Source of the DNA: Octopus vulgaris
Taxonomy: Eukaryota
Direction: 5' to 3'
Length of the DNA stretch: 64,000 bases
NCBI GenBank assembly: GCA_951406725.2
Contig: OX597824.1
Location: 76,942,001 to 77,006,000 of the forward strand
In this document: in pieces, positions 1 to 14,160 of the stretch
Layout of the letters: each line of letters opens with the position of its first letter
How positions within the stretch are numbered: the first letter of the stretch is position 1
Program-made: the position numbers and the translations under genes
Notes under the pieces: model-generated
The model's database searches: none
Seen by the model: only the letters and a program-made list of their open reading frames with translations
What the model was told of the DNA's origin: nothing

Positions 1-153
1 ATTACCTTGCTTGAAAACAGGTGAAGGTTGGCAACAAGAAGGGTTTCCTGCCATAGAAAATCTGCTTCATAAACTTCATCCAATCCTATGCAAGAATGGA
101 GAACTGGAAGTTAAAACGATGATGATGATGACAATGATGATCAAGGGAATATA

Positions 154-559
154 GGCATAGGAGTGGGTGTGTGGTAAGTAGCTTGCTTACGAACCACATG
201 GTTCCGGGTTCAGTCCCACTGTATGGCACCTTCGGCGAGTGTCTTCTACTATAATCTTGCGCCAACCTAAGCCTTGTGAGAGGATTTGGTATACAGAAAC
301 TGAAAGAAGCCTGGCGTATATATGTGTGTGTGTGTGTGTTTGTGTGTCTGTGTTTGTCACCACCCCCCCAACATCGCTTGACAGCCGATGCTGGCGTGTT
401 TACGTCCCTGTAACTTAGCGGTTCGGCAAAAGAGACCGATAGAATAAGTACTAGGCTTACAAAGAATAAGTCCCAGGGTCGATTTGATTTGGTTGACTAA
501 AGTCGGTGCTCCAGCATAACCACAGTCAAATGACCGAAACAAGTAAAAGAGTAAAAGAG
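154..559 (+). mobile_element. tRNA-derived SINE, family A, full length
   Basis: A-box-like tgtgtggt, B-box-like ggttcagtccc, CORE-like gcaccttgggcaagtgtc region, internal (TA)/(TG) microsatellite, gtaaaaga tail; more than ten homologues in the window. Confidence 0.85.
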
Positions 560-900
560 CAAAGAGTGTCCCCAAGCGTATGTGTAGGTGTATATATGCA
601 TGTGGACACATTTTCCAGACTAAAGTGGACAACTTATGAATGTATTTAGTATCACAAATTACTATAACAGCCACCAATAACTGAAAAAAGATTCTGTTGC
701 TATGGACCAGTGTTAAGTGAGAATATATTTCCTGGTGTACGTATGCACAATATATGAATGAGCCCTATTCTCTTGATTATTATAGCCAACAATACCTAAA
801 AGAAGTTGTGTTGCTATGCAAATATCTTTGTGAATGTATTATAATTTATATTGCTTTCATTTTGTTTTATCTTATTTTATTTCTTATTTGTTGTATTTTA

Positions 901-931
<31 letters not shown>

Positions 932-1461
932 TTTTTCTTTTTGTATATTTCATCCAATTGATTTTGGTATTTGTATAAACCATACCATAGTCCTGCCAAC
1001 ATATGCCACATTGAATATAACTGGGTTGTATGCTTAATAATGAAATGACGATCTAAAAGTGCAAATATGGGAAGGAAAAAGGAGAAGAGCAATTTTTTTT
1101 TTAGATTTTTTTTTTTGTGTTTTTGTTTTCATTTTTTTTTTTGTTTTGGTTGTTCACATTTTGCTGAGACAAGTTATGATATATACCAGAAAAGAAGAGA
1201 GAGAGAGAAAATGACAAGTAGAGAAAAAGAAAGGGAAACATTTTGATTTCATTCATCGTTACAGCAATAATAGCCAAGTGGATATTTGGATTCTTAACAA
1301 AAAAAAAACAAAAAAAAACTATTAAACAGTGACACTGAGATTTTTTATGTTTGGTGCAGATCTGGTCGTGTGGTTAAGCAGTTCCGTTCACAGCCATATA
1401 GTTTCAAGTTCAATCCTTCTGCACAGTATCTTACACCTGTGTCTCATGCTTTGGCTCCAAA

Positions 1462-2100
1462 CTGTGTCAGACTGTGAATCTCGCTGAGAACTACATTAAA
1501 GATACCTGTGTCTGTGGAGCTCTCAGCCACTTATACGTTAACTTCACAAGCAGGCTGTTTCCTGCTTTGGCTCCAAACTGGTCATTACCATGTGACTGAA
1601 CTTGATAGACAGACACTGTAAGAAGCTGATATGCTCCCAGCAAGAATGGTCAAGAGAGGTCTTACAATGCTATGCATTCTCTGTGTAATGGCATGGGGTC
1701 TAGTGGCTAGGCGTATTTGGTTCATGATCATAAGGTTGTGAGTTCAATTCCTGGAGACAACTTGTGTCCTTGAGCAAGACATTTTATTTCACATTGCTCC
1801 AGTCCACTCAGCTGGCAGAAATGAGAAAATACCTGTAATTCAAAGGGCCAGCCTTGTCACATTCTGTGTCACACTGTGAATCTCGCTGAGAACTACATAA
1901 AAGATACCTGTGTCTGTGGAGCTCTCAGCCACTTATACGTTAACTTCACAAGCAGGCTGTTTCATGCTTTGGCTCCAAACTGGTCATTAACTTGTGACTG
2001 AACTTGATAGACAGACACTGTAAGATGTTGATATGCTCCTAGCATGTGTCTGTGGAGCTCTCAGCCACTTATATGTTAACTTCACAAGCAGGCTGTTCCA
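1462..2100 (+). repeat. Local duplication of a ~180-bp SINE-body segment (two full copies and one partial)
   Basis: 1462-1641 matches 1864-2043, and tgtgtctgtggagctctcagccac recurs a third time at 2045. Confidence 0.8.
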
Positions 2101-2139
2101 TTGATCAGATCAACTGAGACATTTCGACTTATTTTTTTT

Positions 2140-2452
2140 AAGCCTTGTACTTATTCTATTGGTCTCTTTTGCTGAACACACCAACATCAGTTGTCAAGTG
2201 GTGGTGGTGGTGGTGGTGGTGGTGGACGAACAAACACAGACACACAAAGACACACACACACACACACACACACACATATTTATATACATATGATGATCTT
2301 CTCTCAGTTTCCATCTATTAAATCCACTCACATGGCTTTGGTCAGCCTGAGGCATTAGTAGAAGACACTTGCCCTTGCCCATGGTGCTACACAGTGGAAA
2401 TGAACCCGGAACCATGTGGTTGGGAAGCAAGCTTCTTACTACACAGCCACAC
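2140..2452 (-). mobile_element. SINE family A, decayed
   Basis: Homologous to 154-559 with CpG sites mostly converted. Confidence 0.75.
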
Positions 2453-3257
2453 CAGCACCTACACACACACACACACACACACAGACATACACAAGTGGAT
2501 GTTGTGTTAGAAGGTAGAATCCTACAACAGTTACCATGGGACAGTTTCATATGTGGTGGATATGAACATGCCACCAGGACCACCAAATCATATGATTTCA
2601 ACCTTTGCTGTCCTTATCTTATTTATGTTTATAAATGTGTGTGTGTATGTGTGTGTGTCAGGGACATGTTTTTTTTGGGGCAACCATTATTTGCAACCAT
2701 TATATACCACCAAATATATTATACGTTTATATGTTTGTATACATATTTGTGTGTGTGTTTTGATAATTACAGCTACTCAACCAGACGAGACGTGCATAGT
2801 CCAGGAAATAAAATACATGATTTGATATTTGTGTCTGTAGTTATATAGGACATACTTGGGTCTACACAAATACTAATGCAAACACAAGTGGATTACAAAG
2901 GCAACATAGAAACAAATTGGCACTGTCATATTTATAGTGTGCTTTGAGTTCAATTACAGCCTTCTTAGCTTTCTTCTTTCTGGGGTTGATAAGAAAAAAA
3001 TGTGCCAAGCTGGAGCAGTGGTTTTGTAGAAATGTAACTACATTAGATCAGATGCTTTGTGGTATTCATGCATGCATATATATACATATATATATCACCA
3101 TGATCACCGTGACCGACCAGGCTATCAGATGTTGCTACACATCGCTGGTCACAATGCGCTTCGTATTGTTTTAGCCTTCAAATAATGCCACCCCACTGGC
3201 TAAGCGAGCAGGCCAACATATATATATATGTGTGTGTGTGTGTGTATATATAATATA

Positions 3258-3293
<36 letters not shown>

Positions 3294-4169
3294 AAGATTT
3301 ATATAAATTGATTCTTAAAATTAGGCGTAACATTTAAATTAAGTTTCTAAATTTAAGTTTATATATATATCATCACCACCATCATCATCATCATCATCAT
3401 CATTATTATCATCATCATCATCATCTATCATTGCTTAATGTCCGCTTTCCATGCTGCATGGGTTGGACGGTTTGACTGAGGATTGGCAAGCCAGCGGCTG
3501 GCACCATGCTCCAATCTGATCTGGCAAGGTTTCTACAGCTGGATGCCCTTCCTAGCATCAACCACTGACTCTAGAAGGGTGAAAGACAGTTATCTTTGGT
3601 AGGATTTGGATAATGGTTTTCGATATGGGCAAAAGGCCAGTAGTTTTGAGAGGGCAGGATTAGTCGATACCTTTAACCCCAGTAGAACAACATCAAAAAC
3701 AACAAAAGCAGTTAACCTGAAGATAAACTAAAAGATAATAAAATCAATAAAATTTCAAATGTTTAATTATTATTTATGTATATATTTTTAACTCCGTTAA
3801 TCACTCTGGTTAGTTATTTATTTCACAGCTGGCCATGTCTTGAAATTGGGGTTGCGTAAGTCCAACGACCAAAAGTAGGAAAAGAAAAGAAGAAAAAGAG
3901 AAGAAAAAACACCTGTGGCTTTTTCATTTATCCTTAGTGTCCAGTATAAAGTCTCTTAAGCAAAGGCACTTGACTCTCCACAGCACCAGTTTACTAGGCC
4001 TGTAAATAACATAATAATGTCAACCGAAAAGTCATTAGGGTGCAAGAAATAAATTTGACTGGAGTGCATTGGTGTAATTTATAATCCTTAAGAGATGGGT
4101 TCAGTTGATATATATATATATATATATATGTATGAATATATGTATGTATGTATGTCTATGTATACATAT

Positions 4170-4255
<86 letters not shown>

Positions 4256-4491
4256 ATATATATGTATATATAGACCATAAAAAATCAGGGTGTGAGAGAT
4301 GAATATATTTATTTAAACACTTGATATCCATAGGATTATGGTCGTTACGCAGCCTTCATCATTTAATGATAATTTTAGTGTGTAATAAATTATAACTCCT
4401 TGAGTGGATGGGTCCACTAGAGGGAGCTTTCTGTGATTGCCATAGGATTCTATGAATCCATATATTGCACTACAAATTTATGTGTGTATGT

Positions 4492-4526
<35 letters not shown>

Positions 4527-4757
4527 TGAGTGGACAAATAAAAGAAAGAGAGACTCCAACACATTAAGTAGGAGTTATATATGTTATTTTTAAAATCAAT
4601 TTGATTCAGCTCCATAAGGTTTCATAGGGTCCTTACAGAAACCTAGCTTGTTTAGGGATCAAATAACTGACTTGGTTTGCTGAGCTTAAATAAGCTAGAT
4701 TTCTTTAAGAAGCCTATAAGACTTTAAGTTGTAAGGGACCAAGTCAAACTGTTTTAA

Positions 4758-4800
<43 letters not shown>

Positions 4801-4813
4801 TATGCACATACAG

Positions 4814-4844
<31 letters not shown>

Positions 4845-4958
4845 CACACACATATATACATACATCCATACATGTATACATACATACATACATATGCATA
4901 CATACATGCATATATATCTATATACATATATATATACATACATATATATATGAATCTA

Positions 4959-4975
4959 GAATCTAGAACTGTAAA

Positions 4976-5011
<36 letters not shown>

Positions 5012-5028
5012 TTTACAGTTCTAGATTC
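4959..5028. repeat. 70-bp palindrome centred on (TA)n
   Basis: gaatctagaactgtaaattaat-(TA)n-attaatttacagttctagattc. Confidence 0.85.
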
Positions 5029-5492
5029 ATGATCCACCTGCTGGAAAAACCAAAACGAAAATAAAAAAATTGTGACGGATTGGTGAGTTATCTATTTGTT
5101 AGGGTAAGATATTTATTAAATGGTTAATTAATATCTACCATGGAAATTAATTAATCGTTATGAAATCATCTAAAGAAAATAGTTATGTGGTATATAAAAT
5201 ACGCTATCAATCCAGCTGTGTATCATAATTATGAAATGTTGTAAAATTAATTAATTAATCTAATATGAAGAACAAATTAATCTTAAAATCATTGTGAAAT
5301 AAATAAAGTTTTTTTTTTTTTAATTTTTGAATAGTAGTGGAAAGAAAACTGAAAATATTACCAGTTTTATTTGTGTTGCATCATCTGATTCACATCAGGG
5401 TGGAAAAATAGAGGGAAAAAGTGCTGGGTTCTTTTTTTATTTTTGTTTTTTTTTTTGCTGAGAAAAATTCATTTTGTAGATAGAAAACAACA

Positions 5493-6955
5493 TTCTTCGG
5501 TACAGGGACCACTTGTTCAAGGTTTTAAACTACAGAACAACCAACCACAATCCAGCATAGATTAGTTGCTAATCAGTGGGAAAATAATAAGATTTTTAGG
5601 AACCAGTCTGTATGCCAAGAGGATCCATTTTTCTTCGGTGCAGGGACCACTAATTCAAAGTTTTAAACTACAGGATGACCAACGTAATCCAGTATGGATG
5701 ACTTGGTGATCACAGGGGAAAATAACAGGATTTTTAGGAACCATTCAGCATTCCAATAAAATCCATCTTTCTTCGGTATAGGGACCACTCACAGTTTTAA
5801 ACTACAGGATGACCAATGCAACCCAGTACAGATTAGTTGGCGGTCACAGGGGAAAATAACAGGATTCTCAGAAACCAGTTTAATGCCAATAAAATCCATC
5901 TTTCTTCGGTATAGGGACCATTTGTTCAAAGTTTTAAACTACAGAAAAATCAAACCAACCCACTGTAGAAAAGTTGGTGGTTACAGAGAAAATAGACAAA
6001 GGAATTTTAGAAACCAGTCTTCAGGCCATTAAATTCTTGTCTTTGGCACTGGACCACTAATTCAAAGTTTTAACCCTTTTGATATCAACCTGCCACCTTC
6101 TATGATACAATCAGCTTTAAAATATTCTAGATTCAAATCAGCGATCAAAAATTTCATGTTAATTTCTGTTTCAAATTCCAGCTTAACTAAAATCAAATTT
6201 AATTTATTAAATTCTTCATTATTTTCAAACTTAATTAAAACAAAGGGATGTATTGCAACAGAAACATGATAGCAAAAGGGTTAAACTACAGGACAGCTAG
6301 CATAAAATAAAAATTAGTTTCAGGAGAAATAACAAATCCAAGGAATATGTTGTCATACCAAAATAATTTCAGTATCTCTTGCACAGGGACCATTTGCTCA
6401 AAGTTAGAACTACAAGAAAACCAGTGGATCCACAAAGATAGATAGTGGACCATAGTGTAATCAATAGGATTTCACTGAACTCAACATTATGCCGACAAGC
6501 TACGACTGTCTTAAGTATAGAAATTACATGTTCCAAATTTTCAATGAAAGAAAAAACAGTTCCAGCCCAACAGAAATAAATGGTGTCTGCGAATATAACA
6601 GGATTCCAAAGAATCCATTCTCATTCCAGTGGAATACATCTAATTTTGGCCAGAAACCAGTCATTTAAAGTTTTATTCCACAGGAAAACCAATCCAGCCA
6701 AGCTGATATGAGCTGACTGTAGGGTAAACTACTAGAATCATTAAAAAACCTGTTGCCATGCCAACAGAAGACTTCTAGCTAACCTTGGTACAGGGATCTT
6801 TTGTTTAAAGTTTAAAATAACATAAAAACCAATACAATGCTGCTAAGATGAGTTGGTGGTGACAGAGAAACTATAAAAGATTTGTAAGATTTATCACCAT
6901 GTCATCAAAAAGCGGCTAACAGGGACCACTTGTTCAGAGTTCCAAAACTATGAAA
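5493..6955 (+). repeat. Diverged tandem array of about ten ~135-bp units
   Basis: The anchor cagggacc..ttcaaagttttaaactacag recurs near 5503, 5641, 5779, 5912, 6049, 6384, 6518, 6650, 6791 and 6920. Confidence 0.8.
6074..6280. mobile_element. piggyBac-type MITE (207 bp)
   Basis: TTAA on both sides (6070-73, 6281-84); TIRs CCCTTTTGATATCA and TGATAGCAAAAGGG match at 13 of 14 positions; it interrupts a tandem unit that otherwise reads gttttaaactacagg. Confidence 0.85.
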
Positions 6956-7516
6956 TGAAAAGGTCAGACACAGTAGAGAATATTAAAGTTTGTTTTGTGT
7001 TTAAATCTATTGCTATTTTATTTCATGCTTACCCTGCTAACATACTGTGCATCAGTTTCTTTCTTACTTCTGCTTATGAGTTTACTAATATATGTTCAAT
7101 CAAATATAGAATTTGGGCTTCAGTGATTCGAATGTTCCCAAGATCTTTTCGAGGGTTACTGTGATTCGTAGGAGGACAGCAGGAAGTTAACTTTGGACAG
7201 GAGATCAAGTCGGAAGGTCTGTAACGGAAGTGACAGTTGCAGACGAATGTCACCACCTTACAAGCAGTGTTATTTCTTACTAATGTTCTGTGGAAACATG
7301 TCTGGACATAAGGACAATTTACCTTTCTTTGAAACAGGTGAGGATTGATGACAAAAATAAATACATCTAGGCATAGAAAATGTACCTCAATGAATTCCAC
7401 TTGATCCATACAAATACTGAAAAGTGAGCATTTTAACAAATAGAAAACATGTTTACATATAGTCATATATATAAACACACACACACATATATACATACAT
7501 ATGCATATATATATGC

Positions 7517-7562
<46 letters not shown>

Positions 7563-7678
7563 GTATATGCATATATACATATATATATATATGCATGTAT
7601 ATGCATACATACATATATATATATACACACACATATGTATATATGCATATATATATATACACACATATACATGCATAT

Positions 7679-7735
<57 letters not shown>

Positions 7736-7813
7736 TATATATATATGCATACATATTTGTTTGTATGAATGTCTGTGTGTGCAAATGCAAGTTTGCATGT
7801 GTGTGTGTGCGTT

Positions 7814-7858
<45 letters not shown>

Positions 7859-8005
7859 TGTGTATATATGTGTGTATGTATAGATATATATATATTTACA
7901 TATATATATACTGTGTATATATATGTATATATAGATATATATATATTTACATATATATATACTGTGTATATATATGTATATATATATATATGTGTATATA
8001 TACAT

Positions 8006-8050
<45 letters not shown>

Positions 8051-9151
8051 GTCTTCTTGTCAGTCTTTACACATCACCATTTAAAATTTGGCACTTTTTG
8101 TTTATGTCCTGTAAATCAGCAGTTCAACAAACAGAGCATGATAAAATAAGAACCCAATTTAACAACTACTTGTAATCAATATGATTGATTAAATGCTACA
8201 AAGCAGTGTTCCAGCATGGCCACAGTCCAATGACTGAAAAAAAATAAAAGAATATAGTCCAGATACAGTCAGACTAAAAAGAAACAAAACAAAACAAAGC
8301 AAAACAAAGCAAAACAATAGAGATGGTTATGGTTGGAATGTTTGTGATTATATATCCGGATTATAGAGGCTGACCCTGTAGATAAACCTGGCTCATTGGA
8401 GCTAACCAGCAACAACCACAGCAAGAAGAACAGCAGTGAGAGATGCTCTAATAAATATTGATTTCTCAATGAACCGAACAAAAAAAAAAAAGAAAGAAAA
8501 AAACGAAATAAAAGAAAATAAGTACAATTGAAAATATACAATACAGTAATGCGAAAGAATTAAAATAAACGACCTTCATACATATCTGAATTATATTTCC
8601 TAATTAATCGTACATCTGAATTTCTAGAATGAATTATTGTTGCTAAAAACAATTCAAAATTACCAGGCTATTGGAGAAGCGGCGCCAAAATCTAGCAAGA
8701 TAAAATCATTTTCGGAACTTAACAAGAACACTTTTTGATGAGTTGTCTGTGCTTCTGACATGAGTTATTGCCATGACAACAAAGAATTCTTGTTTTTCTT
8801 TTTCTGTTATTTTTTTCCTTTTTTTTTTTTCTTTTTTATCAATCTCATTTTTCAAATATTTGTCTGCTACATTACATTTGAATCAATTTAATCTCAGAAA
8901 TGTTTTCTTGAAATGCTGTCTATTTATTTATTTATTTATATGTTATGTATCTCTAGGCAGGATTTGAACTGAAAATGTCTTATTTCTAATTTTGCAAGTG
9001 TGAGATAGGAAGGAGTTAGAGTGGCAGTGGGAGGAGGTGATCATCACTCTTAACTGCTAATCCATTATAAAAGTTGCTTAACCATCTTGAAGACTTACAC
9101 CTGAAAGAGCTTGTACATTGGCTGCTGCCACTGCCCATCATCATTCATCAC

Positions 9152-9189
<38 letters not shown>

Positions 9190-9265
9190 CTTCCATGAGT
9201 CGGAGAGTTTTGGCAGAATTTGACAACCTGGAGGTCTGTGATGTGCAAGCGGGAAGTGTAACCTC

Positions 9266-9572
9266 TTGAAAGAGCTGTTCTTCACTCCTGCTCCGGAGCG
9301 TCGGCTGCGGGGTCATTCCGAAAAGCTCTACCTGCGACGATTTCATCTCAATCGAAGGAGAGGAGCTTTCTCCATCCGGGTTGCGGATCCGTGGAACAAG
9401 CTGCCAGACGAGATGGTGAAGATGCCGACGACCGCTTTGTTCAAAGCCTCCCTGGACCTCAAGTGGCCTGAACTCTTTACATGAACACCACCCTGTACTT
9501 AACTCCATGTCCCCCTACATGGCCTTGCTATTTGCTTTTGAGCCAAATTAACTAACTAACTAGCTAATTAAC
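9266..9572 (+). mobile_element. 5'-truncated CR1/L2-group LINE 3' end
   Basis: LRGHSEKL...RRGAFSIRVADPWNKLP...FKASLD* is the typical ORF2 C-terminus, followed by a short 3' UTR and a (TAAC)n tail. Confidence 0.85.
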
Positions 9573-9769
9573 CAATGTCTTCATTGGTACAGTTTCTACG
9601 ATTGAATTTATAAGGAATTCAAACTAAATTTTATATCTTATGTCACCTGTTTTTTTACAGGAACACCTTGATGCGTTGGTGAACAGTGAATGGCATTGGG
9701 GAGCATAAAGATTTATGCTTTAGTTGAGAAAAAATTAGCTGGCATGCAGGATTGGAAGCCATCTGAGTA

Positions 9770-10352
9770 CTGGCAAAGAGTGAAGGTAATGTCATGTCAG
9801 CCCACACTTTTGAACAGGGCTTTAGGCTCAATTCATATGGCAATGTGAAGCTACTGGAGACTGTAGACAAATTCTGGTTGGAAAGGGTTGCTGTTGGATG
9901 GCCATATGAATGGCAGCAGTATTTGGCTTTTTGCTGTACCTGCAGAAAGGGCCACAAGTGGTTGTTAGAGAACTTCTATGACTTCACTGGCCCCAGTTTC
10001 AGCCTTCCCAATTTCCCTGATTGTAATACAATGGATTACTATATGTAGGGCCCAGTTGAGAGACACCAACTGCTCTGCTTGCAACACCAAGGCCGAGCTG
10101 GCAGCCAAGATCCAGGAGGTATTTGAAAATCTTCTCAGGGATGCAGTGAAGAATGTATGTGCTAGATTCTGGACTTGTCTTGTGGTCGAGGTGGAACCTG
10201 AGGGTGGCTACTTTGAGAAAACTGTTATATCCTAACCCTAATCTAGTAGATATTTCTTGATTCTTTTAAAAATATTAAAAATGTTTGGATGGGGGTATTG
10301 TTTGCACCTGCTTCCTTTGATGCAAACTGTCAAATTTATCCCGAACACCCTG
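9770..10352 (+). pseudogene. Decayed Tc1/mariner (maT/DD37D-like) transposase 3' half with probable right TIR
   Basis: Overlapping frames give ...PYEWQQYLAFCCT...LPNFPDCNTMDYY and ...NVCARFWTCL..VEPEGGYFE, matching the QQDxAPxH, WPPNSPDxNPxDY and GGxFE motifs; it ends in CACCCTG. Confidence 0.75.
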
Positions 10353-10745
10353 AAAACTAACCACTTTACAGTGTGTACTGGATTATCTTTTTTTGTGTGG
10401 CACCAGCATAAGTAAAGTTCACTTCATTACTTGTAAGGCTAAGCTCCATCCTAAAATGGCTCTTATATCTGAAGAACAAAAGAGAGAGGGCAATAATTCT
10501 AGGCAGAGGAATAAAGGATGGTAAGAGGATGGCAGGGAATGGGGAACTGGAAGTTATTACTGAAAGGGTTAAGAAAAAGGGTAGGACAGAGTTGAAAAGG
10601 TAACAGGATGAGTGGTGCAAGGAGTAGGGTCTAGGGCTCAATTAGCTAAAATCTTCCTGAGATCATACCTTACATTTTTTTGATTAATCTATTTATTTTA
10701 GCATGGTTATCATAAGAGTGGCTGTGTGGTACATAGCTTGCTTAC

Positions 10746-11148
10746 TCTTTTATTTGTTTCAGTCATGTGACTGTGGCCATGCTGGAGCACTGCCTTTGGT
10801 TGAGCAAATCGACCCCAGGACTTATTCTTTGTAAGCCTAGTACTTATTCTATTGGTCTCTTTTGCTGAACTGCTAAGTTACGGGGATGTAAACACACCAG
10901 CATTGGTTGTCAAGCGATGTTGGAAGGACAAGCACAGACATACAAACATATGCACACACACACATATATACATACAGATATGTGACGGGCTTTTTTTTTA
11001 GTTTTCGTCTACCAAATCCACTCACAAGGCTTTGGTCGGCCCGAGGCTATAGTAGAAGACACCTGCCCAAGGTGCCACGCAGTGGGACTTAACCTAGAAC
11101 CATGTGGTTCATAAGCAAGCTACTTATTACACTGCCATTCCCACGCCT
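10746..11148 (-). mobile_element. SINE family A
   Basis: Full-length reverse homologue. Confidence 0.85.
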
Positions 11149-11349
11149 GTATGTTGTAATAGACAACTAAACGAATTGGTGATAATAAGAGGACCTGACA
11201 AAAAACAATGCCATAAACAACCTCTTCTGACCCATGCTGGTATGTAAAAGCAGACACAAAACAAACATATTGCAGAGTAGACGAGGCATTTTCATAAATT
11301 AAAAATAAAACATAAAACCTGTTATATTCACTTTTCACTTTTATTTCAT

Positions 11350-11640
11350 TTGATATTTTAATTTGAACTTCTGTAAGTTGATTCTCATTGGGAAAGTATT
11401 GGTGGGGGGAGTACGTTCAAGAGTGTTGTCGTTCTGGGAAGGAAAGTGTTTGGTGTGGAAGTTTGAAGGGATTAAACATAGCGGGGATAATTAAGGGAAC
11501 AGAGACAGATAGATGGTTCAGGTACTACACAGCCTTCTTGTTTCAATGAGGAGTGGTTATTGCAGCATGGATATCAGAGATAAAGGAGTGTTTGTAAAAT
11601 GGAAATATGAAGTGAAAATGTCTTATGAAAGAATAATCAA
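11350..11640 (-). mobile_element. Old LINE ORF2 C-terminal relic (L2/Jockey-group like)
   Basis: Minus strand gives NTFLPRTTTLLNVLP and then, frameshifted, FPMRINLQKFK, resembling the FFPRTxxxWNxLP...FP..NL..FK motif. Confidence 0.45.
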
Positions 11641-12535
11641 ATTTTATGCGTCACGATGTGTTACCGCTACTGTTTATAACTCGCTCTGAGATTTATCATT
11701 GTTTGATTTCACTTTTTCAATATCAGTGTCAATCAACACTGGAAAAAGTATATGTATTTGTGAAGGGAGCTGACTTCTCGTCGACAACCATGATTGTCAC
11801 ACGCTGAAGATAGGTAAACACCTTGAAACTCGAGTTCTTGTGTATCATAAGTTGAAAACGGGGAGGATGACTTCCCTTCACAAATACTGAGAGGACACAG
11901 ATTGTGTGTCTATAGCCAGCTGGAGGAGATATCTTCCTGGGGCTACAAACTACAGTAGCATCCACCTTTAGGGGTAAGCCATATTCAAATGGCAAATATG
12001 CATCACGATGTGTTACCGCTACTGTTTATAACTCGCTCTCAAATTTTATAATTTCACATCTAAATATCTCTGATACTAGCTAATGAATGATAATAATAAC
12101 AATAATCCTTTCTAATATAGGCACAAGGCCTGAAATTTTGGGAAAGGTGATAGCTGATTACATTAACCCCAGTACTCAACTAGTCCTTATTTTATCAACT
12201 CCAAAACGATTAAGGGCAAAGTTCACCTTGGCGGAATGTGAACTCAGAACATAAAGACAGATGAAATACCTAGTTACACAGAGAGGGGACAAACGAGGAC
12301 AGACAAACGGATTAAGTCAATTATATCGCTTCCAGTGCATAACTGGCACTTATTTAATCGACCCCGAAGAATTTCGCCAGGCGCACTAACGTTGTTACCA
12401 GCTGGCTGCCTTGAATTTTATACTGCATTCAATTTTATTGGTCATGTGTAAAATCCATATATATATATATATATATACACACATACATATGCATGTATGT
12501 ATGTATGTATGTATACATATATATATATATATATA

Positions 12536-12934
12536 CTCTCTTTTATTTGTTTCAGTCATTTGACTGCGGCCATGCTGGAGTACCGCCTTTAATCGAGCAA
12601 CTCGACCCCGGGACTCATCTTTGTAAGCCCAATACTTATTCTATCAGTCTCTTTTGTCGAACCGCTAAGTGACGGTGACATACACACACCAGCATCGGTT
12701 GTCAAGGAATGCTAGTGGGACAAACACAGACAGACAAACATACACGCACACAAATATATATATGCATATATACGACAGGCTTCTTTCAGTTTCCGTCTAC
12801 CAAATCCACTCACAAGGCTTTGGTCGGCCCGAGGCTATACTAGAAGACACTTGCCCAAGGTGTCATGTAGTGGAACTGACCCGGAACCATGTGGTTGGTA
12901 AGCAAGCTACTTACCACCCAGCCACTCCTACGCC
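12536..12934 (-). mobile_element. SINE family A
   Basis: Full-length reverse homologue. Confidence 0.85.
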
Positions 12935-13965
12935 TATATACATATCTATATACATATATATATATACATATATATACATATATATATACATATATATATA
13001 TATTTATACACACATACATACATATGAAATACCACTAAGTGTTTTGCCTGGCATACTAATGATTCTGCCAGCTTGCCGGCTTCATGGTGATAGTAATTAT
13101 ATTAATTTCTTCCTAATTTTGCCAGAATGCCAGCAATTTTGAGGGACAAGGAGGTTGGTTATATTGACCTCAGTACTTGAGTGTTTGTGTGTATGTGTGG
13201 TGTGCGTGTTTGTGTATGTGTGTGTGGTGTTGTGAGCTTGTATTACTGTCTCTTTCTCATAACATTCCATCATAGCTGTAAATGGGTGTCACCATCATTG
13301 CAAGTAGCGCCCTCTCTTCAGCAAACTTCTGTAAAAACATGTCCGGACCTGAGGAAACATTATTACCTTGCTTGGAAACAGCTATGGGTTGGCAACAGGA
13401 AGAGCATCCAGCCGTGGAAAATCCACCTCAACAAATTCCGTCTGACCCATGTGAGCATGGAAAAGTAAATATTAAAACAATGATGATGATTATGATGAGC
13501 ACCAATTAAAAACTGAATGAGGAACCCAGCCCTGTTTGTGTGACCCCTGTCCCCACCTCTCTAGGATGCATTTGTATTTTGTATTTCTATTTCTCTCATT
13601 GATGTCCATAATATCTTAGATTAATTCAAATTAAAATCACAGCAGTTAATTAATTAGTATTTGATTAACATCATTTCCCTTAAATACTTTCCATTCTACA
13701 TGCCATTTTTAATAGTAGCAAGATTCAGTAAAAAGTGAGAGAAAAAAAAAGTAGTTTTAAAAAAATATTTTGAAAAATTAGTTTAAAATCTGGCTGTGTG
13801 TAACCAATTTCTTATGTTCAGTCCTAGAGCACAGTGTCTTAAACAAATGCCTTCTACAACAGACCCAGGTTGTTCAAAGTCTTGTAACTGAAATTTGGTA
13901 GGTAGAAAACTGCATCGAATTTTATTGGTCATACGTAATACCCATATATACATGCATATATATAC

Positions 13966-14008
<43 letters not shown>

Positions 14009-14090
14009 TACATACATTCAAATATATGTGTGTGTATGTATATATGTGTATATAGATGTATATACATATATGTAAGTATTTATGTATGTA

Positions 14091-14160
<70 letters not shown>

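Noticed and set aside
4330-4370. Very degenerate hammerhead-like strings here and near 17771-17807, 21417, 38600 and 63630
   Set aside because: Several core mismatches or no convincing stem I; they cannot be separated from chance by eye.
6752-8780. RFX X-box-like sequences at 6752-6765 and 8767-8780
   Set aside because: Imperfect matches; one lies in a tandem repeat and neither is near a supported promoter.
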